Shown one piece after another: positions 1 through 12,100 of a stretch of DNA of 64,000 bases (within the stretch, counting starts at the first letter, position 1; the number at the start of each line of letters is the position of its first letter). The notes beneath the pieces are model-generated. The model searched no databases, was not told the origin of the DNA, and saw only the letters and a list, made by a program, of their open reading frames with translations. The position numbers and the translations under genes were made by a program. This DNA is from Podarcis melisellensis (taxonomy: Eukaryota): NCBI GenBank assembly GCA_964234715.1, contig OZ174278.1; one strand, 5' to 3'.

Positions 1-103
1 ATATTTAACAATACCCTCTTTAATGATACAACAAAAGATGCATTAAATTTATTTTGCTTCCAAATATGAACCCGTGGAGTATAACCCTTCTGTGGTCGCA
101 ACA

Positions 104-240
104 GGGATAGCTCAAGTCAATAAATCAGACTTTTAATCTCATGGTTCTGGGTTCGAGTCCCACATTGGCAAAAGATTCCAGCACTGGAGGAGGTTGGACT
201 AGATGACCCTCATGGTCCCTTCCAGCTCTACAATTCTATG
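104..240 (+). mobile_element. tRNA(Lys)-derived SINE with CR1-type 3' tail
   Basis: Head ggatagctca...atcagacttttaatct...ggttcgagtcc resembles tRNA-Lys(TTT) with a B box; tail ttggactagatgacc...gtcccttccagctctacaattctatga is a CR1 3' end. Confidence 0.85.
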
Positions 241-705
241 AACTTCTGACTATCCCTTACATATATCCAACATCTTTTAACTTACAAAGGCTCCAGTATA
301 GCCTTGTGAAACCAGCTCATTATTGCTGCTGTTTTTAAACATAGTATACTGTTGTTATGTACCAATGCTTATTATGTACCATTTCTTAGCAGAGAGATAT
401 GGAAGAAAGCATTTTTGAAAGATGCCAAATGGACTCTAAAAAGAAATTGTACTGTGTGCTGTGGCACTGCAGAGGTTTTTAGCCTTCATATTTATAATGC
501 AAGTATTTTCACTAAGAGTTGATGGCACATATGTACTCAATTTTTAAAAAAACAACTATTGATTACTTCATTACTCTTCAAGGTTGTAATCATCAAGACG
601 CTGATATTGTATAGGAAATGGAATTAATTAGCTTCAAATTAACCTTGCTCTCCTGTTGGAGAACTGCTGTATACTGGGGAATATCCAGGGATTTGACTCC
701 CTGTT

Positions 706-713
706 ATGCAAAT
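706..713 (+). promoter_or_regulatory. perfect octamer ATGCAAAT upstream of the candidate alternative first exon
   Basis: TGTTATGCAAAT, with further degenerate octamer-like sites nearby; autoregulation is inferred only. Confidence 0.4.
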
Positions 714-960
714 AACTGCATGCATGATGCAACAGGAAAAGATTCTGCATTGTTAGTGGAGCAGTAGCTGCTGAAGTAATCTTTCCTACCTGCCTACTAT
801 TTCTGAGGCTTGACTGGTGCAAATGTCTTTAAGAAATAGGATATGACAAATGGATTTCTTTTGCAGCACTTCTTAATAATACTTTCCCATCTCTACTGTT
901 ACCCTAACCTCTGGCATATGTTTTAACTCTAGCATTAGCTAAATTGTAAAGAATGCAATA

Positions 961-1030
961 ATGCATTCTTCACTGTCAAATTCCATTGTTAAATGCTTTT
1001 CTGTAAACATCAGTGATTTAGTTTCTACAG
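961..1030 (+). CDS. POU2F1: candidate alternative first coding exon of POU2F1 (Oct-1L-like), MHSSLSNSIVKCFSVNISDLVST
   Basis: ATG at 961 with A at -3, 23 open codons plus 1 nt, then donor CAG|GTGAAA. Phase 1 joins exon 3054 in frame (G|AC = D). The SDLV..DSRM end resembles recalled mammalian 1L (MLDCSDYVL-DSRM). Perfect octamer at 706-713 upstream. Confidence 0.5.
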
Positions 1031-3053
1031 GTGAAATCTGACAATCGTAAATGTTGAAGGGGGTTCTTTCTGCTATTGCTAATTATGAGCAGAGCTGGGG
1101 AAATCCTAGATTGCTTGTTACATGGGGGAATATCTAAAAATTTTAAGTACTTTCTTGCCTGGATTATGGCTATGGTGTGTTTAGAAAAGGCAACAAATTA
1201 TTTTGACTATATTAATTTAGTCAGGTTTCTGGTGCTTAACTTTCTTTCCTCTTCTTTCGCTTTTCTCTTCTAGTCCAGTCTTCTCTGGATCTGGTCGTTG
1301 CTCACAATTTTATTCTATTTTTGGGCATATTGGTTTGCTCATTCCCATGATCTGTTGCCATCTGCCATAATATATGTATTCATCTGTCTCACCACCTTTG
1401 TATTTTTGGATCTGCCAGCCTTGCTAGTGAATATTTGCTGTAGTTCTAATGTAATACCCCGTCTCCTTGTTTCTATCAATGACTGTTCTTTTAATATGGC
1501 AACTTAAATAGATTTTTTCTATAACTAGCTACTATTTAACTCGAGTTCCTTCAGTAGCCTTTTAGAAAAGTCTGGGAGAAGGTTCAAACCAGTTTAAGGT
1601 TGTGTGGTGTGAGATTTGTCATCCATTTTGATGTGAATAGTTAACTAGTGCACCAAAACTGGGAGCCATTACCTTTGTGAAAATTCATGATGTGAAAAAA
1701 CCCACATAAACTGAGTCACAATCCAAGTGAGCATCCAAATACAGTGGTTATTCCTCTGCATTACTTTCAACAGGATGTGTATATCAGTGTGATGGCATCT
1801 TTCACAACTGTGATGCCCTCTTTTTCATGCCTAACCCCCACCCCACCCCCAAATCACTCAGCAAGAGGTCAGGTGAACAATGGTTGTGAACAGGCACAGA
1901 AAATAGCTGCAAAAGAAAGGAAGGTAGTCCTTTTCATGAAACCCCCCCCCCCCCCGAAAAGGTAACTTTTACAACAAAAAATGAATTTTACAAAAATTAA
2001 TTACAGTGTTCCAAGGGAGAAAATTGGTTGAACATGTTGTGTCCTATTTTTACAAAATATTCAACAAGAGTCCACATGGGTTGTAGTAATTAAAAACTCA
2101 GAGGCTTATCCCAGTTGGAGAAGACCAAGAGTGGGTGGTATTCTGTAATGAGAATAAATCTGTTGGCATCAGCAATGGTTTTTTTTTCCAGCACCATACT
2201 AACAAGCATCAGTTTAGTTGCAAAAGGAGTTTGATACGACTATAACCAAAAGCACAGTGAATGATAGGACTAGGACCTGTCAAAATTGTTCTCAGTGGTT
2301 TAGATTATTTTGGCTGTTTATTATCAGCAGCCTTTCATCCCCCAGCCCCCATTTTTAAATCCTGTTTCAGAAGTCAGATAAGTTGCGTCTCTCCTTTTGC
2401 CAGAACTACGTCTTGTAAAGAGTTTATTGCTATTACATTGCCTTTGTATTGCCATTGCACAATAGCATCACCATGCTGTTCCTGGTCTGATACAATGAAT
2501 TATATATACCCTGAACACCATCATGCACCATCATATTCAGTTTAGCATAGTGATGTAATCACATAGTGGTAGCATGGAAGTCTCATGGCAACATGCCTGT
2601 GTACTGTTTAGAAAAGGATCTAGCAGCACCACTGGAAACACCTAAAGGGTGGGTGAGGAGAGGCAGTTCAGAGGTCTAAGCAGAACTTTGGGAAATTGTA
2701 TAAGAATTCAGACAAAAATTATTGTAATAATCCAAATGAAATTTTAATACAATCCTTCAGGTTTGGACACTATTTTTTCTAAATGTAGCAAACATAATTG
2801 GTCTGTTTTTATGAAGCACCTCAAGTACGCCTTTTTCAATTAGCCTTTTGACTATCCAATATATAGTATTTTACAGTGATACATTGCTATGTCCTAATTT
2901 CCTTTTGACATTTCAGGGTCCATACCCATCAGTTGAGTTTGGTCATTTTATAGTGCCTCCTGTTCACCAATATAAAATGTCCTGTTTTGTGCTGTAAAGA
3001 GGACGGTGTGAGTAGGATTTTTAAAACCATATTTTCTGTTGCTTCTAATGCAG

Positions 3054-3122
3054 ACTCAAGAATGAACACTCCGTCAGAAACCAGTAAACCTGTAAAAATG
3101 GAGAGTGGTGATGGGGACACAG
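3054..3122 (+). CDS. POU2F1: POU2F1 exon 2 ([23 protein letters not shown])
   Basis: ctaatgcag acceptor, gtaaga donor, ATG at 3062, Oct-1 N-terminal sequence. Confidence 0.95.
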
Positions 3123-6100
3123 GTAAGAATAAAATAATGGTGTGATTTCCTAATGAATTCATGGATTTGGAAGGGACAATTTTATTCTGGTCTGGTTTTA
3201 TAATACATTGAAGAATGGTGTTACAGTAACCTAACCCGTGTATATTCAGAAATAAGTCCTATTGAATTCACTGGGTCTTACTCCCGGGTAAGTTGGGTTA
3301 GGGTTGCATCCTTAGCAGTGTTTTCTAAGTATATGAAACAGCACTTACGTCTTAGTTCTTTACTTAGTGTTTGTTTTGTATGGGACCTATACATTGGTAC
3401 TGTGTAAATGTGGACTAGTAATTATCATAGATATTGTGTCCTGGAGCCTCCAAGCAAAGAGCTGGCCTTGGCAGTTCCCCTTTTCATATTCTTTCTTATC
3501 AAATCCCCATCTCTGAATTTTCTTCTTGCACTAGAGAGACTGTTCTGTCTAGGAAGCAGTCAGCATTCTGTGACACTGGTTAGCCACTTCCTGGCACTTT
3601 TGTGTTGCTGATAGGGATGAAAACACCACTATCTATGGAGTAGAAGCTGGGTACAAGGAGCTACTGATCTGCTGTGACTTAAGGGCTAGATATTCCCAGT
3701 ATCTTTTTTCCTAGTACAGCTACCAGGTACTCATCCTGGTGTATCTGTGTTAGAGCTCCTAATGTTTTATTTTCCTTATGGCTTCTTGATTGGCCCTTTC
3801 TTCAATATTGTAGTTGTCACAGCTCATTCATTAAGCAGGATACCTTCGTCTTCTTCCCTGGGGATCATGTAACCTTCTAAATATGAATAAATATACCCTG
3901 CCTCTTGACCCTAAATGAATTCAAGATGGTGATATGAAAATTCTTTGGCTGCTTATGACCTTAACCTGTCACAGAAGTGTTTTTGCCAGTGATAGCAGTG
4001 CATCCCAAAAATGTTTGTTGAAGACATTGGTGTCCTTTGAAATATAAAATGATTAGCTTTTACAGAAACTGACACAGTATTGAGGTGTTGTGATATGAGT
4101 TCATAAAGGGTAATATCTACTTTCTGCAATTTCCATCCATTTGGATGGGGCCCTAATTTTGTGTGCACATCTGTTACCATCGTTGAGTTTGCAGAGCCAT
4201 CTGTTCTTGTATGTCCTCTCCATGCTTCCAGTTCTTTCTCACATTGTAACTGTGTCCCCTATTTCCGTTGAGCATACGGCACACCATTTTTCTTTGGATG
4301 ACAGCCACTTTCTCATTTCATAGTAATTCCATTCCAATGTGGTTTTTGCATTTTTAATCTTTTTGTACCAATACAGGCTAGATAAGAAATATACTTTATT
4401 TTTATTTCATTAAATTTATGCACCACTTGATTGTAAAAAAAACCTGAAAGCAGTTTACAAGAAGATATAAGTATTAGTCAATCTCTTTATGATACATTTG
4501 GAAGCAGGCTTTGCAGGTAGTTGGTTCATTGAGAAAACGTTATCCATTTATAAATGAGTTTGCAGTAATTTTGTCTGTAGTTAACAACTGTGGTACTCCT
4601 TCATCTATTATCATAAACATTATTTTTCAATATTCACATCGTGAATAAAATGAACAAGAAGCCATGATTCCAGGAAAGCAGGCTCCCACCTCATGCTAAC
4701 CTGTTTGCTCACAAATATGTCTCACAATATTCTGTTGGACTTTCTTCCTGTGTGTTAGGATTACAATTTAAACATATTTATGATGAGGCCATTGGTGTGG
4801 CAGAAATACTTTTAACTGCAAGAGTGATTGAATTGGGAAATAAATGTTGATTGTTTGGAACAGATTTCCTGAAACGCGCCACCATCACCACCACCACTGG
4901 TTAGGAGAAAATTTGGTGAACATTTTTCTGGAATGATTTTAATTCAAGCAAATTGTAGTTTTGAATTCAATCTACTAATGCTCTCCTGGTTTGAGCTTCT
5001 TTTAAGTATATGCTTAAGGCAAACAAATGTACATTGGTATTTCTGCTTTTGTTATCTTGAAATATTTTGAGATTGGTTTGAGATTACAAATTGAACCTTC
5101 CCACTGGCCAGGTTAGCAATTTTATAAATATTGTGGAGAAAAGCCTTTTAAAGTATTACAAAGACTTGTAATCCATACATTCATCTGCTCCTGAATCATC
5201 CTAGGATTGGATGAACTATTGTCAACAATCACAAATGGCGTTCACTTTGCATTTGTGACATCTTTTTACATTCATTGAGAATGACATAGAAGGTGCATAC
5301 CTAGACATGACCAGCCCTAAATGTGAACTACATGAATATTTACAATCTAATTCTAGAGTTATTTTAGTGTACTCGCTATAGGGGGTTCTTTTAGGGAAGA
5401 ACTGTATGTCATAAGTGTCATGAGGCTGCTGTGCCTCCACCCCTCACAAGATATAGTACAACTTATGCCTTGCCCTCGTGTCATTATGATGTGTGTGATC
5501 TTTCTACGGATGTTAACTAACAATGTGGAGCAGGAACAGAAAAAATGCAGGGCAATAACCTCAGAACAAGAGAAGTTGTTGTATTTGTTATGCAAGGTAG
5601 GAGGGAGGATTCAACCTGGCACTGCTGTTTTGGCAGCAGCCAATTTCTCCCTTGGTGCAGCTGCCTCTGCTCTATTACAGATTATATATTTACTTCTGAA
5701 GCATTCAGTGCAGGGATGAGGAGGGGGGCCCTTCAGCTAGAGGATTGCATTCTGTTGTAGGCAGCCTTCTAGGGGCTACACGCCACTGGTGGACAGAAGG
5801 CAAAAGTGAGAAGTGCCCAGATACCACTGTTACCTTTTTGCAGTAGGCTATGTCCAAACTTTACAAAGTTGGAGGTTTGCACATAAACACAGATATTTTC
5901 CATCCAGGCATGCAAAATTCACTATCGTAGATCAAGGTCACATTCCAGACAACTTGAAAGTACTTGAGGATAGTGCAAAGTAAGGATTGGGCGGGGTCAT
6001 GGAATAAGAAATGTCCCAAGGGCCAGGTAGAGCCTGAGGGACAATATTTGGTCCCTGGGTCTGAAGTTCCTTGTCAGATATAGAAGCTGGAAGAGCTGGG

Positions 6101-9100
6101 TTTGGCTGCTGAAATCCCCCACCCCTAGTCTAGTGTAATGTAAGGCAGCCTGATTGGTCAGCAGATTATTCAGCTCTGAGAAATATATTTTCTCCTCCCT
6201 TCAGTCCTTGAAAGTATCACCACCATTGGGAACTTCCGGGTCGGCGCCATCGCCGAATGGCGGGCTCCCTCCGAGCTCCGGAGGGAGCCTGCTCGGCAGG
6301 GGCTGGGTCCTACCGCACCGGCGATGCGGGGACCCTTAAAAACCACGGCCACGGAGGCCGTGGACATGGAGACTCGGCTGGCACCGTCAGCGCCCTCTCG
6401 ATTCGTGAAGGAGCCTTTTTAAAGGCTACGGATCGGGTGCCGGGGAGGAGCGTGGTGCTTTGAGTCCTCTGCTATCCCTGCCGAGCGCAGCCGCATGCCA
6501 TCCGGCGGAGAGCGCTGACTTCTTCTATTGAAAATTTGGACCCAAAAGAAGAACCCGTGAGTAATTGGAATATGGACTAAAAAGAGGGATAAATTTTTAG
6601 AATTTGGAGCGAACGGGGGAGGTGGAAAAAAGGAAGTCAGCCCCCCCCCAAATTGTAGAAGAGCCAAAACAAAGGACTGGATAACTAAGATCGAGAGGAA
6701 CCTTATCTTGCCGAACTAGCAACTTCGCGAGGGAAATTTATAAGATTGAGCTGGAGGAGAAAAGTGGAATTCGGATTAAAAAGCAACCCCCCCGGAATCC
6801 CTGGAGCGATTCGTGAAAATGCCTGGAGAAGAATAACGGAGGTTTTGACAGCTGTCAAAGAGCTGTCAAAACGGAAAAATGAAATTGAGACTTTGTTATG
6901 AGGACTTTGCCGGTTACATTTGTTATAAATTGGAGATAAATTGTTTCAAACAAGGATTTATAAGTTATTTGGACTGGCGGATGTGATCTGGAAGGGAACT
7001 TTGTTATTGTAATCCACCTAGAGGAGCTGAGGGACATTGCATGTGTTTTCGACGGGAAACTTGAACAGTTGGATAGAACTTTTAATCTCCTGGGAAACTG
7101 CAGAAATGGAACATTATTTTGTCTACAGAGGCCTACACTTTACTGGAAACAATGGATTAATCTGTTGAAAAATGAAAGGAACATGATGTAATGTTTTGCT
7201 CCTGAATAACAAGCCTCTGTAGAGACACTAGAAGCCTTTGGAAAAAGAACATTTCTGTGAGGGAACAGGGAAGTAAAAAGGAGGAGAGTGATTGACAAGA
7301 ACAAGGAAACAACAAGAACTGGACAGAACTGGAGTGGGAACATTAGGGATATCCAGATTTGACAAGCTTATGGATATAAAATTGGAGTTTATACTCCTGG
7401 ATATAAAAATCTGGATAGAAGAAATGGGCCCCCTTTGATAGACTCCTTCTATGATTGGACATCTGTAATTTAAAAAAAAGACCGGTAAAGAACCAGAGGG
7501 ATGTGGGTTTAGTGAAATGTGGGTTCATCAGGAAGACATTAGAAGTGAGGGATAGGAGGAACGCAACAGGGAAAGAGGGGAGGGAAATTTGGAATCCAAA
7601 GGTTGTAAAATTATTGTTTGTTTTTATTCTATTTTCATCTGTATTATATTTGAAAGGGGGGAACTCGTGGAAGGGAATAGGTCGACCTTAGGGGATGGAA
7701 ATTTGGATAAATTGAGTTATTGATGATGAGTGTATTTTGGGAATAAGAATTTGTTGAATATTATTGCTTTTTTGGAAGATTTGGAACACAAGAGGGGGTG
7801 GGGAGGGGAAGTCCTAGATATTGGAAAAAGTTTATGAATTGGATTTTATTTGTTTTAATTTGGAAAACCTTAATAAAAATTATTTTAAAAAAAAAGAAAG
7901 TATCACCACCATTGATGTTACTCGTTGAGTTGAATTGTGACTGATTCATAACTTTCTACCTGGGCTCAAATAGACTGGGCTAGTAAGAGTTAAGCTGCAA
8001 AAGGGGGGGGGGGAGAGAAAAGGTGGAAACATTGCTAAGTCTTTCCTTGAAATTAGCCGTAGAAGTATTATGGGACTAGGAAATGTTATTTCCCCTCTTT
8101 CCCTTACCTGTTTACCTGTTTTTGTCCAAACTGGTACGGACACGGCTGGAAAGTTACACAATTGTTATGCATCCTTCTTTGATTTAAAGTGCCAATTGGA
8201 GTGTGAACATAGACACAATCTCTAGGACCAGTAGCAATGCCCTGATTATAAAACTCCCTCCTTTCTCATATAAGGTTGGTGCAAACTCTGTTGAGGATTT
8301 TGCATCAGCTGAAGACTCAATTCTTCACCAAATTGTTCATTCTATCTCTATGTATTTTGCACTGATTTTAATGTAATCAATACTGGGGTGGCTTTGGCAA
8401 TAAAGAACTGGTAATAGCCTGTTTTATTTAATTAAAATATTTATCTGGTAGTATTATGCGGGTTGAATTCTGCCCATGGGCCTTCAGTTACTAATCCCTA
8501 GTTCAATGGGGAAGCGAGAAGGTATACACAGGGCTTTTTTTCAGCCCAAACTGACCGGAAATCAGTTCCGGCCCCTCTCAGGTGGGCACCATTGTCATTA
8601 TAAGAGAACAAGGGAGGCGTTCATGGTGAGTTGCTCTTTTTCTAGAGAAATAACACTGGGTATACTGTAATGTTGCTTTTACAGCTGTGTACTGTGTAGG
8701 AGAGATTTCAGCCAGTTTTCTAGAGCTGTTTGATATTATTTATCAAGGTTGTAAGAGCCAAGATGGTTCAATAAATTGTAGTTCTCTTCTGGTGGCCATG
8801 ATGGAAGATTGGCATTATGTCAATTTAACTGCCTTTTAGGTTGCATCCACATGATTATGATTGCTGCTAGGAAAGCCTGGGACTGTATTCAACTAAATCA
8901 TTGCACTAGTAATGCTTCTAGCATAACCAGAAACCCCCTCCTCCACCTGCCCCTTCCCCAGATCTTCTCTGAAGAGTCAGGAGAACCCCCAAAATGGGGT
9001 GTGTGGGAGGAAACAGTAGTTAATTCTGTCAGGTAAGCAGCAATGTCCTAATTTAAATACAATCCCAAGTAGGTTATTCTTTTTATCTCCTAAAAGCAGC

Positions 9101-12100
9101 AGTCATCAATGGAGCAGGAACCCCCACATCATTGGACAACCACCACACACATGGTTTCTAACTAGCAGTCTCAGAGCCTGTGGGATTCCAGAGGGGAAGA
9201 CACTTTTTAGAACGTTGTGCAACACAAAGTTAGGTGAAAAGCTGTGGCTTAATACTTATTACTGGTCCTCCAGCTAGATCCAGTTCCCTGCCGCCTCTTT
9301 AGTGGGTCAAATTAAAATTCTATACCAGTGACTGATACATTAAACTTCTAGGGTGATACCCTTAGCCCATTGTTTTCAGTAAGTTTACTCTGTGTATGAC
9401 TTGGTTGGCTATTACCCCAGTCTTTGTTTCCATAGAATAATTCCACAGAGTTGTACTTTCTAAATCAGGGTAATTTAAAAACTGATTATTTAGCACATTA
9501 ATACCAAGCATCATTAGTATGTCCTAATTCTTTAAATCATTGCAGTTTTTTATAGGCTCTGGCCAAATGTTCCTAAGGGAAATTCCCTGCTCGTTGCTCC
9601 GATATATTGCCATATATTTGGAATGAGGAAGTGGACCTGCAACAAAATTTGTTGCATTGTTGTCTGCAGCTATTCAGCATTCCAGTTATGCCTCTTTCCA
9701 GGATACTCTGTATCTGATACCAACCACCCAATTTTCTGTTCTCCCAACATTCAGCCAGTATCCTGTGCAGTATCCTGAGCAGGGGATTTGAGTTCTCCCA
9801 AGTCTGTAAGTCGTCCTATGCATAGATGCATGAGGTCCAACACTCCGTTAATTGAGATCACTATTATAATACATTATTACAATCAGATTTTTAATTTTTA
9901 AAAATGTTATTAGTATCCTGAGTTTAAGGCATAGCAACTTACATAATATTGACTCTTCCTTTATCAAAACAAGTACAGTATGAAGCCGAATAATTCAGTG
10001 ACCAGGGTTTTTTAAAATAAACATACCTGGATGTGGACAAAGTGCATGGATTGGTCAGCATGACCGCTTGTGCTCTGGACCTTTGCCCCTCTTGGCTGAT
10101 AAAAACCAGCAGGGAGGGGACAGCTCGCTGGGCCAGCGAGGTGATTCTTGCCTCCCTTCGAGAGGGTGTGGTCCCTGCCGACTTGAGGGAGACAGTGGTA
10201 AAACCACTTCTCCAGAAACCCTTCCTGGATTCAGAAATTACTGGTAATTACTGGCCAGTTGCCACTACCCCTTCTTGGGCAAGGTTCTTGATCAGGTAGT
10301 CTTAGATCAGGTCCAGGCACTCTTGGAGGAAACTGATTTTCTAGCTCCATTTCAATTGGGGTTTCTGCCCAGTTTCAACACAGAAACAGCTTTGGTTGCC
10401 CTGTATGATGACCTATGTCAGGAGAGAGACTGGGAAATATGTCCTTGTTAATTATTCTAACCTCTCAGTGGCTTTAATAACATCGACCATGGTATCCTTC
10501 TGGAGCAGCTCTCTGAGTTTGGGGTGGATGGCACCACCGCTTTGTGGTGGTTTGGGTCCTACTAGAATGGTGTTTCCAGAAGGTAGTCCTTGCAGAGTGC
10601 CCTTTGGCCCTGTAGAGCCTTCAGTGCAGGATTGACCAGGTTTCGATTTTATTCCCCATGCTGTTTAACATCTACACAAGTTGGGTCATCAGAGTTTTGG
10701 AGTTCATTGTCAGCAATATGTTGATGACACACAGCTGTACTTCTTTACAGGTGTAGCAGTGGATGTGCTGGACCATTGTATTGGCTCAGTAATGGAGTGG
10801 ATGAGAGCCAATAAACTGAAAGTCTATCTGGATTAGACTAAGGCACTGTTAGTGGGCAATTCCATAGACTTGAGGGTGGGAGGTGACCTGCTCTTGTGTA
10901 CATCTGGATCCATTGTGTCACTTGAGGCTCAGGTGACCTTGGTGGCACAGAGTCCCTTCTATCCACTTTGGCTAGTGGCTCAGCTGTGCCCCTATTTGGA
11001 CAGGGATAGCCTAACTTCTGTCTCTGGCAACCTCTAGAATTGGAATAACAGTATTGGAACAAAACCCACCCTCCTCTTCTTTCTGAAGGCATGAGGTCGG
11101 ATTACACCAGAGCTTACATATTGTCATAGTCCATATCACTTATGTAGTGACAACATTCAATACTATTTTTGCTCCCATGCTGTCTCCATCTTACATTGTT
11201 AGACATAAGCCAACCTTTTAACTTTTCCCTGTCACATTTTGAATGACCCAGCATCGTATTGAACTTAAGCTCAGCAATGCTAAATTCTTAATCTCTTTCC
11301 ATTCCTCTTATCCTTTTCTCCCTTAACCCCAGTGGTATTTTTTATTCATGTTCTTTTCAAGCCCGTAATTTGGGTGGCCATGTTATATTTTGTTTTATCC
11401 TTTTCTTCCAATATTTATTCTCATACTAAACTTGTCATTTTCATCTTTATAACATTTCTAAATCTTTCTAATATAGCCTTAGCCCCTTTTCTCCCGCCCC
11501 CACCATAACATGTGTCTTGATTCTACATGTCTTGAGGGTACTGCCAGTTGATTGTTGAGCCCAGGGGGGCGATAAGGTGAAAAGGTGGTGACTTAGGTTT
11601 ATTGGCCCTGAATTACTGCTTTTGCTGACATGTAGATAAATTGGCAACAAAGGTGTGAATGAATCTACAGATTTTTCAGACTTGACTTTTGAGGGGAATT
11701 TTAATAGAATATATCTTTCTTTGCATCCCCAGGCACACAGACAAATGGCCTGGACTTTCAGAAACAGACTGTGCCTGCCGCGGGGGCAATATCTACAGCC
11801 CAGGCCTTCCTTGGACACCTTCATCAGGTAAATATTTGTTTCTTTTTATTCTGAAATTTGGAAGGTAATATAAAGGGTTCCTCTCTCTCTGCACTATGTT
11901 GGCAAAACCAGAAACAACAAAGTAGTGCAAGATTGGTGTCTTCTTTTGGAGGCATGCATAGAGGCTACCAAAGCTTTAGAAAGAACAGCAGTGTCTTCTA
12001 TCTCAACATAAGAAAGGATGATTTACAGGCCCTCTGAGTAGGCCCACATTGCACAGTGTCTCATATGGCCATTTTAGAGGTCTTTGTGACCTAAAACATA

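Noticed and set aside
104-165. tRNA-Lys-like sequence
   Set aside because: D-arm is damaged, the acceptor stem does not pair, and it is fused to a CR1-type tail, so it is a SINE head rather than a tRNA gene
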